Source: Bugula neritina (taxonomy: Eukaryota; Animalia; Bryozoa). From it: DNA of 64,000 nucleotides. Positions within the stretch are counted from its first letter, which is position 1; the number at the start of each line of letters is the position of its first letter. Under the pieces are notes generated by a model, which did no database searches, was not told the DNA's origin, and was given only the letters and a program-made list of their open reading frames with translations. Where the stretch lies: contig OZ037771.1 of NCBI GenBank assembly GCA_964035545.1, positions 14,817,133 to 14,881,132 of the forward strand, written 5' to 3'. A program made the position numbers and the translations under genes. This document shows positions 53,381-64,000 of the stretch, piece after piece.

Positions 53381-56320
53381 TTGTTGATTGACCATAGTTT
53401 TTTAGCTGGTGTAACCTTTTACCATTGGCCTAGTTATACTAGGCTGAAATGGATAGAACTTTCCTCAGGATGTGAGCTTATCCTGATCCTAGTAAGGGTG
53501 TCTGCTGAATTAATGAGCATTTGTTCTCAGCTACTCCAAGTAGTGTCAGCCAGTCTACAATCTTGTATAAAGCTCCAAAGGCTCCAGTTACAACGGGATG
53601 ACTTTTTTGATGTTTTCCAAAGGCGGGTTTATTCTAGTGCTAAATTCTGATATTTTCCTAACTTTTCGAATTTTTTTCTTTTACTCTGTAGTTAACAGGG
53701 ACTGTGATATCAATTATCGTTGTTTCAGCATTATGCTTGTCAACTACTAATATATCGGGTCTCCTAACTTTGATGACTACGTCAGTGTGTATGTTAAAAT
53801 CTTACAAGGTTTTTACACTATCATTTTCCAGTACTGATTCTGCTTGATGGCCGTACCAATTCTAACTTTTCTGAAACCCACGAAGTTCACACAACTACTA
53901 TTGAAATTATCAATGCCAAAAGGTTGTGTTTTTTCTTATATTCTCCTTCTGCTACCTTCTCAAACTCACTCAATACGTGCATCGAAGTTTTGTCTCTTGC
54001 GTTACACATTCCACACTTCTTGCTACCCTGTTCTCTCATCATAGCCACTTTATAATTTCTAGTAGTGAATAGTTGATCTTGCGCAGCTGTCAGCAGTTCT
54101 TCTGTTTCCTTTTTCAGCCAACCATACTTCAACCAGTTCCAGGAAAATGCTTTCATGTCTTCCACCATTTTGATGTATTGACCACGTGAAGCTTTTCTTT
54201 ACACTCATCAGTTCTTTCTATCACTTTATCATTATTTAGTTCTACCGCCGTTTTGTCTTTTAGGAAGGTATTCAGTGTGGTGTTTCTATCAGTCTATGTT
54301 TTATTTATGTAGTCTGACATGCTGCAGTTTTCAATTTTTATGCATTTTTCAGTTGACAACATTCTTCTACCCCCTTCCCTTCTGCTAAAATACAGCCTGC
54401 CTACATCTGCTCTCGGATAGGGTGCACGGTTTGTTGTCATTAGCTTCCTTGTCTTCCAGTCCATATTTTTTAGCTCATGAAACAGTTCAGTCAAGTATTC
54501 TAGCTGTGTAATGCACTGCTGTTACTGCCCGTGTGTTTATTGCTTTGATTGTGTTCTCACCATTCAGTTTTGAATCCAGAAATTTTCTTATTTGTTTGTA
54601 GTACTCCTTGATCTTATTTTTCATTTCATATATTTGTATTCTATCAATCTTAAGAACTCCTAGATATTTATACGGCTTCTCACCCAGATCTTTGATTACC
54701 TGTTCATCAGGCAAACTGATTCCTGTATCCTTGATTTTCTTTCCCTTTCTCATAACCAGTGTGGCACATTTTTTAATCCAAATTTCATTTCTATATTCCT
54801 TGTGAAGATCCCGGCAGTGTTTACCAAAGCTTCCAGTTCTGACTTTGATTTCCTATTTACCTTCAGGTCATCCACATATAGGAGATGGTTTGTTATCTGT
54901 CTCGTCGAAATTTGCATCATTGAGCCGCTTCTGTCATGCGAATCGGTAGTTGGAGAAAAGGGATAAAGAGTCTCCTTGGAAAATTCTTAGTTTGATCTTT
55001 ATTTCTCCTATCTTTTCTTCCAGGTATTTCAGTTGTGTTTTCCAGGTTTCATGCTTTTTCTTATCAACCTTATGACATTAATTGCTATTCCAGTTGTTTG
55101 CATCGTTTCTAAGATCTAATTTCCTTGTCTTTACATATGCTCCAATTTGTTGCTAACTTTATTTAGTCATTCTGCATTGGTATTATTTTTAGTTGGCTGA
55201 CCCCATATATTTTATCAGAATGCTTTTGATTTCCTTGTCAGGTGCCTCTTTAGATGTACATTCATTTCCTCGTAATTCTTGATAAAAGCGCTTATCATTG
55301 TAAACATTGTGTTCTGATTATATTGATCAACTCATTCTGTATATCTGTTTATCTTCTGGCTTACAGCTCTCAGGTTTTGCTTCAGTTTTTCAATCACTAC
55401 ACCACACTCTTTGTTCTTTATCCTATATTTTTCTTCAACCATTCTTCTCAATGAATCATTGTAAGCTCTACTTTTTCACTCTGCTATTTTACTTAAGTCT
55501 GATCTAATTTCTTTTTATTTCTTCTGCAGTCGTATTTTCCATACTTGTACATTGTCAGTTTTTCTTTTTCCTTTCTGTTACACACTTGTTCTGTTACTAT
55601 TTTTCGCACAAGCCATGGTGGTGTTATTAAGCTCAATGGTATTAATAATCTCAACACAGTTTAGCACATCATTAATCTGTTTTACTGCCTGTAGTAATTT
55701 GACCCTCTCAATGTGCCTAAGGGCTCTTAGTGTTGGTTGATCATTAGATAGTTTGTTATGCTCATTTATAATTTTTCTACCAACACTTTTTCTACCTCTG
55801 AACTAGATACTCTTAAAATTCTCATGGCTGATTTATATGCTATCTCATGTTGTACTATAACATCCTCTATTTGCAAATTTAGCTCTTCATTATCTTCTTC
55901 ACCAATTGATGTGCCTAGTTCTTGCAAGGTTCCTTCTTCAATCTTATGGAGTTCTTCTTCCATAAAATGCTTGTGTTTCTTCATAGTTCTTGCTTAATCC
56001 GCTAGTCTCTATTCGCTGATGTTAAACTCTCCTCTGTTTTCCAGCGTTTGCACATTCTTTTTAAATAATTCTTTGATCCGGGTCTACAGAGCTCATACAT
56101 TGTTTTTCTATAACCTCTCAATTTGGGTGTACTTTTGAAGTAGCATTCCATGACAACTTTGTTGTCTTCTCTTGAGTATCTTCTTCTAGTTGTGCCAGTA
56201 ACGGGTTGACGGCCGTAGGTTGCCTGGTCCTCCACATACCCACTGCCAGACGAGACATGCCATGTTTAGTTAGACATACCATTAACGTCGTTGGCTTTAT
56301 TAGTTCTATTTTAATGGATC
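53381..56320 (-). mobile_element. Decayed non-LTR retrotransposon, R4/Dong-like (RT + CCHC + restriction-like endonuclease), internally deleted
   Basis: Minus-strand fragments: N-terminal YSREDNKVVMECYFKSTP..GYRK; RT motifs RIFQGDSLS (~54961-54990) and NHLLYVDDLK (~54861-54890); YKYLG; RADVGRLYFSRREGGR; AAQDQ..TRNY..CGMC..H; RRPDILVVDK..IIDITVP; C-terminal ILRKVL. Many stops and frameshifts. Both ends abut (TAA/TTA)n runs. Confidence 0.9.
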
Positions 56321-58491
56321 ATATTATTATTTTTAATTATTATTATTATCACTATCAGTAGCAAATAAATAATTTTATATTTGTTATTAGTTACTACTTA
56401 TAGAAATTGAGTGCCACAGCTTGAGGGTTATAAAGTCAGTCTTAGTCAATGTAATGGGGATGCTGATACTGACATTTGGCTTCGAGCTCATAGTTAAATT
56501 GCTAACAACTATACCTAAGGATAACAGGAGTATTAAAATGTTAATTTATAAAGATTATAACCTTAGAGTGGAGATATTATTCTCAATTTATTTAGTTTTT
56601 ACTTTACTAACTTTTATTTTATTCATCAACCTTACTGTCTATTTAAATAGCAAACTAAAGAATAATTATGAAGGCCTTTGAATTGAAGTACTTTTCTGTA
56701 GCTGATTAGATTTCAAGTATTAAAATAACATACTAAGACAGAATACCATTATATGAGCTAGATTAATAAAGTAAAGAAGATTTCTTTGTTAATCAAAATA
56801 TAGGTGTCACATATGCCTATTTTTAAGATTATGTTCTTATATGTGCTGTCTTTTTAATATTTTCAAAGTGCTACATTTTGAGGGTAGCCTACATCAATAT
56901 GACTGCCCTGTAATTGCTTGTCAACTATAAGAGTTAGACCTATAAACTGTCTCATTTTCAAATTATCTTTACTTTTCTAATTGATGTTAACATGACTATT
57001 CCTATTAGTATTTTGGTGTTTACCATTAGTAATGTTTGAACTAACATCAATATCATTGTTAATTTGTCTAATTATTCAAATTTTAATATTCATCATTTGT
57101 GAACAGTAATAAAATTTTGTCTTTCTTAAATTAATGTGATGCTAGATTAGCTACTCTAGCAAGTGTGTATTGTGCAATGAGTACTAATGCCATATTTTTG
57201 CACTTCTTGTTCTATATAATTTAGATTTAAGGTAACAATTCCTAAAGCTATCACATATTGCTGCTATCAGTTATAAAGATGTCACTGATCCAAACATTGA
57301 AAACCAGCTGAGTGCATGCAAGGTTGAAAACTTATTTTCTCTGGTTAGGTAAGTAGAAAGGTATTTGCTGTAATTTACAACTATTTTGTTTTCAACATCC
57401 TTGATGTTCATCTCTAAAAGATAAGTAGCACATAATGGTACCTGTTTTACTTAGCAGAAGAAATTATTGTCAAAGCTCTATTACTACATTTTAAATTGTA
57501 TGACACTCTTTTGACTACATTTGATTTCATATCTCAAATAATTATATTTCTGACTCATGAAACTGTAACCACACACTTGAGAACAAAATAAATAATGATA
57601 TGGAAGCTTTCTTTACCTTTGTCAATTTAGTCAACAGCCAATGACTGAAAACATGTTTTGTACACTATTGATTGCCTCTCTATTTCCGCTATAAGGCAGA
57701 AACTTTAATCTCAAAATTTAAGACACTTGCAATTCTTCCCAATAATACGTTGTTCAAAACAAATATTTTTTGCCAAGTAATATAGTATTTAATTATATTT
57801 TTTAGTCAAAGAAATTTGTTTGGTTTCTTGTGTCATCTTGAATAGCTTGTTATTCATTATCTTTTTTTTTGCGTTTTGACTATGAGTGTATATAACCTTT
57901 GCTGACAGGTTTTTCCTCCATCACTATATGTTTCTCTGTTTACTCTCTAACAGTTTTATTTCCGTTCATTTTTTAGAGTTTACTAAAATGACATGGGTGT
58001 GCTTTGTTGTGGCTCCTAATTGAGCGCATCCGTTGAGATTATTGGAAGTTTTGTTGAAACTGAGCTGAGGCCTCTTACTCCTAAAGGCAAGAATTTGAGT
58101 CATCTTAGCTACTTGTAGCATATCAACATCGAACAGCACCATTCCACTACTCTAAGCTTAAGGTTTTGGCTGCATTAGATCAACAGGTAAGTTTGATAGT
58201 TTGTATTTCGTACACTATTTCATGATGTCTGTTCAGAATTTACTTGGTAGCACACATTTATAGATTTTGCATTCTTTTAGTTTTTTGCAGTACAACTTTT
58301 CTACGCAACTATTACACTGTTGTTGCTGTTAGTTGTAGTTTATTCTGCTTGACCATGCAATTATTGAATTATGTTGCAAGGTGATTGAGTCCTTTTATTT
58401 AATTTAGTACACACTGGAAATCTGCAGTTTTTAGCCATTTTTACAATTTAGCTGCTAATGAACAATGCTTTTTGCTTAAAATTAGTGAGAC

Positions 58492-58698
58492 ATCAAGGAA
58501 TACACCTAAATAATCAAGGTTCTTCTTAATTTTGCATGATTTCTCATGTTTTTTCCTATTTATTCATTTCATTTGGATTGCCTACTGTTACAAACTAACC
58601 GTGGCGATCCCCAGTCAGAAGTTGCTGTAATTAGAAAAAAGCATAGGAAATCAAAGAAAATTAAAAAGAGCCTTGATTATTTAGGTGTATTTATTGAT
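58492..58698. mobile_element. MITE-like inverted repeat (~68-bp arms)
   Basis: atcaaggaatacacctaaataatcaaggttcttcttaatttt... pairs with ...aaaattaaaaagagccttgattatttaggtgtatttattgat around a ~70-bp spacer. Confidence 0.65.
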
Positions 58699-61600
58699 AT
58701 TTTTTTAGTTTCAGGCCAAAACTCATGTTCATTAGCAAAAACTTGAGATCTTCAGTATGTACTAACTTAAATAAAATGAACCAATTGCAGTAAATTTCTG
58801 CATTTTCTAATACTTCTTAAATTTACACCTAAAATAGTGCTGTCTTAAGAAAATGACACTAGCTGCTGTTTTCATGTATGTGCCCCAATTGTATATAATG
58901 CTGTTGATTTGTTTAGTGCTTTTTCTATTTGTTTGTTATATAACTTTTCTTTTATGGTTGTTGCCAGCACCTAAAGCATTATTCATTAGTGTCAATTAAT
59001 TTCTACTCACAGTTTTACTGTTACATAGTTTATAAAGCCCTTGTGTCAACTTTTCTAGATATCCTGGTTAAAATTGTTCCACTTGATGAATGGCATAGGG
59101 CATATGCAATAGCAAAACAGTTGCAGGCTGTTTTGGAAAAAAAATTGTGCATATAACCTTTATTTTATACATGTTATTTAGGCTTTGGTAGAACTGTTGG
59201 AGAGCCTTCCTTTTGAATAAAGCTACTCAACTTCCCGGATTCTACTTTATTGACAATAACCCACTACCTACAAAACGCCTTGAAATTTAGCTAATAAATT
59301 ATGTATTTTGTGATTTTTTTTTAATTTACAATGTTATGTATAAATTACAATCAGTTTATATATATATACATGTCTTTTACTACTTAGTATTACAGTGTAA
59401 AAAGCATTTCAAGGTTAACAATTTAAATAATTGGCCCTAACAGTAATTATGTATAATACAGATTTGCAGATGCTTTAAATGAACCCAAAAAGCTGATGTT
59501 GTTAAACAGTGTACAAAATAGTCACCTCATATCAGCCAGACATGCTTAGTCATTACCTAGCATTAAAATCATATTATGAATGCAGTCAAGTTTTGATATG
59601 CATCCCTATTATTGATAGTTTGTGAACCAGCAATTAAATATCAAGAAGCAATATTACTAACCAATGTGCTGGTTAAAGAGTTTCAAGTTGTAGTTATAGT
59701 ATCAAACTATTATAATGGCATAAAAACTATCAGTTAAAACATTTTATTAATATTTACTACAGGAATACATATTATAGGTGTGCTAAAAATCTGGTAGAAG
59801 CATCAATTATTTTAGATGTTTTGGATTTAGTATCTCTGTACTATAATGTAATATACAGAACATCAGGTGCTGTCTCCACAGTGCATTGATGGCACTAATG
59901 AATATTAATACATGCAGGCAGTGTTGGTAATGATTTATTGAAATAGGAGTTTAAAAACTGTTTAAACAACAATGAAAAGCCTGAGATTAGTCCAAGGAGA
60001 GGGGTATTTCAAGCTAGCAGATGAGCAATATAGATGCTAAAGTCTTGCCTAAAAATCATTATTGTTATATCTAGTCATTAATTTCTTGCAATAGATCTAT
60101 TTCACTATTGAGAAGAACAAAATTAGCTAGTAAACACTGTAATAGAGTCAAGGCACTTTGGCAGTGCTAGTTTAAAATAAACCTGGGATAGTCCAATAGC
60201 AGAAGTACTTTTTGATGCATAATATAATTATGTACAGCTTAAGATTTTGCAATACTGTGTTTTCAGTGAGATATTAATTTCAATAGCTACATTAAAATAA
60301 TGTACAATTCTAGCAAGTGATGCAAAATCTTCTAAGATGCTATGACTGTAGCAGTTTGCTACTAGTCTCAAGTAACAAACCAAATAGCCTTTCTTTGTGC
60401 CATCATCCAAATGCCAAACAAATAACTCATTCACTTTGTAACAACAAGGTGGTCTCCCAAGTAGATTGTTAGACATTTCAGGCATTAATAACCAAAGGCT
60501 TTTCACTTTGGCTTAATTGTATAGTTACCCAGCTAAATAAATAATGTATTCATGGTATTGTAATTGCCAGCCGTGCATTTATCTGTGAATGCAGCTAAGT
60601 AGTTAATACTGCCATATATTTATGTACTATGTAGCAATGCCTAATGTAGCTGTCAAGCTTCTACTTATACTCATTTTACTGATGCTTTACTTCTGATTAC
60701 ATGATTACAAACATATCAGTTCAAACAAAATTATTTTAGATTGGAATAAATATAATGCTCCTAGCAAATGTTGTAAAACTATTTCCCAAAAACATATACT
60801 TTGCAAACAAACTTTTCAGAAAGTTATAATGCATTTATCATATTATTGTTTCATTTAAAAGTTATAATGATAGAATATTATAATTAAAACACACTCAAAT
60901 TTTTAGATTCTTGTAATATTGTTAAACAAGAGTTAACAGTAAGATTGGCTGTAGAGTAGAATGTTTAGCTGTTTGTACTAAAGCTAATAAGTAACTGGCA
61001 TTAAAAAGAGTTGTAGATAAAAAGTGACAGAATAACAACTGGCTTGTATATTGGTAGTGCAAAAAGCTGTATATAACAGTTTAAACAAATATCCATTAGA
61101 ATAAGTGGTAACCCAGTACATAAAATGTGGTATGTCATAATACATCTTTGTGGTGTATTGACTAGGCTAGATCAACACATAGCACTATGTAATTGCTTTA
61201 GTATTTACAATTAGTTTGTGGTCTGGTGGGACTTGTTGATAGCCATTGTCTTTATTAACATAACAGTTTCATAAAATTAGCAGTTTTCTTTATTCACCTT
61301 GTTAATTTTTAAGATTTATGTACAATATTTACATATTTGGATATAAAAAATATCTTCAACCAGTGAATATCAAAATAATGATTAAAGACATATTTTATGT
61401 CATATTTTTGTGGCAATCTAAATAATAAGCTGGTCTAAATTGTACTTGTGCAAACAGAACCAGCTCATGAATATATGTTGTCTTTTTTTAACTTGACAGT
61501 TAATCTAATATGAATGTGTATTTTATACTTGCTTTTGTGTTTAAGGTGATAAAATTGCACTGGTAAGATTAATAAACATTGCTTGTTTGGCATGCTTTTG

Positions 61601-64000
61601 TGTGGCATTGCATATTATGCTAAACTAATGGCCAGTTTTGCAGTAGCTTCACCATAACCTTCAAAAGAATGCAAATATCATCTAATTATTGTAAGCTTTT
61701 TAAGTTAATTTGTCTAGCTATAAATAACAATTTCATTTTCACGATATACATAGCTCTATAATTCTGAAAAACTGCTAGGTAGAGTGGAAATTAAACATGA
61801 TCTATTCATTGCTAAAGTATTACAGCTATGAATAATATATATGTGATTACCTGAGTGATATCACAATCTCCACTTGCTAAGTTAGTTTAAATACAGGAAA
61901 AAAAATTAATCTGGCGAAAGATTATATATGAGAAGCTGTTTTTGTAATAATTTCCTGCTCTAGGGTGATTTAAAAGAATTGTTTTAAAGCAAAACTTTTG
62001 CATACATGAGTTGAATAAAATCATTGAGAGTTTTATGAAGGTCTATTTGTGTATAGGTAGCCCTATGTCACAACTCAAGTTTTTAGATTTTATGTAATTT
62101 GTGGTGCAAAGTTGCAAATAAAAACCTTATTTTAATAATACTTAGACATATGCAAGCAATAAAGATAATGAAAAAATGCTATAGTTGCTAATTAGCTAAT
62201 ATTACTTGCATATGATGCAAATATTTGTATGCATGCATGTTTAGTTTGTTAGCATTGGTTAGATATAATTGAATATATAGATTTGATGTGGAGATTGAAG
62301 AAAATCAATATGTTGTGTTCTATATACAACAACAGTTTTTACATTGGTTTGTTAATTACTTCATAAATCATTTATTACTTCATGCAATATTTGTTCCTGC
62401 AACTTTGCAGAGTGGCAAAATGCATTTCAAAGACATATATTAAGTGATTCTAATTATACTAGAATTTTCAAACTAAGAATTTTTGTGGAGTTTTCTTCTT
62501 CCTAAGACATATGTGGCAATTGAACACATAATAAGTTGTGGGCTACAACTCCTTTATACAACCTTGCAAGAAATTATGCAGCTATTTAAATAGAAAAGGA
62601 ATTATTGAATTTATTTATTCAACATTATTAGTATTTTATAAATATTTGTTGCATTTAATTAATGAGCATAAAATTTGTTTTACAAATACTGTAATTAACA
62701 GCATGGTAAAAATATATTATATATACTGGTATATATTTTGTATTGTATTAGATTTAGGCGACATTGCAAGACATTTATAATTAAAATGAGTTAATGGCTA
62801 AGTTTAAATAACTTCGACTTATAGATTACATTTTTATGTGCTATAAAAATTTAACTCGTTTGTTCCGACATTTCTCCCTGCATAAAAGCAAAACTTACTG
62901 CAAGAAATCCTTAGCTAGAAAGATAAATAATGATTTACTTCAATTACATCAAAAGCTAATATCAGCCAGCATTCTATAAATAATGGTAATTTACCTAGTG
63001 TAATTTTTCTTAAACTAGCTAAGCTTGCTTGGTACTTTAATAAGTTTATTGGCATAGTGTATTATTTTATACTTATATATTTTTAAGACTTTAAGGAAAA
63101 TGATGTTTTAGCTGCGTTATTCCTAATGCAAGCCTTATAAATTTACAATATATACTAAAATATTATATTTGTAATTAGAAAGAAAACAAATTACTTTCAT
63201 AAACTTATAATTATTGCATTCTGTTATTTTTAATGCTAGAATAACAAATTGAACACGGCATATGCTTCCCTAACCAGATGCTTTTAAACGGATTAAAAAT
63301 AATTTGTCAATTTCTAATTATGAGGAACAAACTCCTCGATAGTTTCTACATTTGCGCATGATTTTATCAAGATAGGCTTGTTTTTGTGTCAACCTGTAGC
63401 CAGTGCAACTATACTTTATGTAACGAGTAAAACAGACTCATTTCAAAGTACACAGTCTAAAGGGTAGGAATTACTACAAAGAAAAGTGCCGGTTAAAAGT
63501 TAATTATAATTGGAAATAAGGTGAAATATCAGTCAGAAATTAAAAAGTGTCAACTAAAAAGGTGTATTGTTATTTCTTTTTGGCTTAATGAAAATGTTTT
63601 TTGAGGAAGAAGTACGAGAAACATCTAGGAGGGGTTCATATCCACCACTGGCGACTACCTGTTTATTGATGAAGAACTATCCAATGATAGTACAGTATTA
63701 TGGTCTTTTGCCTTATAATTGGCTTTGATTTTTTTATGTCTAATTACGAGATACTAAACAGATGCAAAGTATGTTGTGCATAGGCAGTTTTTTTATGTCT
63801 CTAAACAACATTCTAGGAAAATATATACTGCATAATTTCATTAGAATTGCCTAAACAAAATACGGATAATTGCGTTACGAGGTGCATATCATTTTAATAG
63901 AAGTATGAAGATATTATATTACTTTACGGATGTCATAAATCTAGCTTATGCACAAATTTGAATGTTGAATTATGATGATCTTATAACCCCTTTCACAAAT

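Noticed and set aside
56400-64000. Short ORFs in the last 8 kb
   Set aside because: AT-rich, no domain signatures or consistent exon chain

Overview
AT-rich, intron-containing animal (probably invertebrate) genomic DNA; all gene models were spliced by hand from GT-AG sites and frame continuity. (1) Two tandem + strand paralogs (A: 4594-12165, ~737 aa; B: 15586-24603, ~921 aa if repaired) encode signal-peptide-less single-pass membrane proteins. Each has a short glycosylatable ectodomain, a long Tyr-motif-rich cytoplasmic region, a conserved DSGFxS degron, a ZU5 domain ending in HFT (autoproteolysis-type motif), a UPA-like domain and a tail with a conserved PEENCEH...GACxC motif where UNC5/UNC5CL have a death domain. 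One ZU5 exon is 97% identical between otherwise diverged paralogs, and B carries a 1-nt lesion and an in-frame TGA. (2) Two tandem + strand paralogs (C: 33225-35689, 319 aa; D: 39086-41676, 356 aa) encode secreted proteins with an unrecognised 10-Cys domain, two TSP1-type repeats and an extremely Arg-rich tail. (3) The rest holds a decayed R4/Dong-type non-LTR retrotransposon (~53.4-56.3 kb, - strand), tRNA-derived SINE-like repeats, two long palindromes and microsatellites. The best novelty candidate is the A/B pair, a possible membrane-tethered functional-degradation (NLRP1/CARD8/UNC5CL-like) signalling switch; that function is inferred from motifs only.
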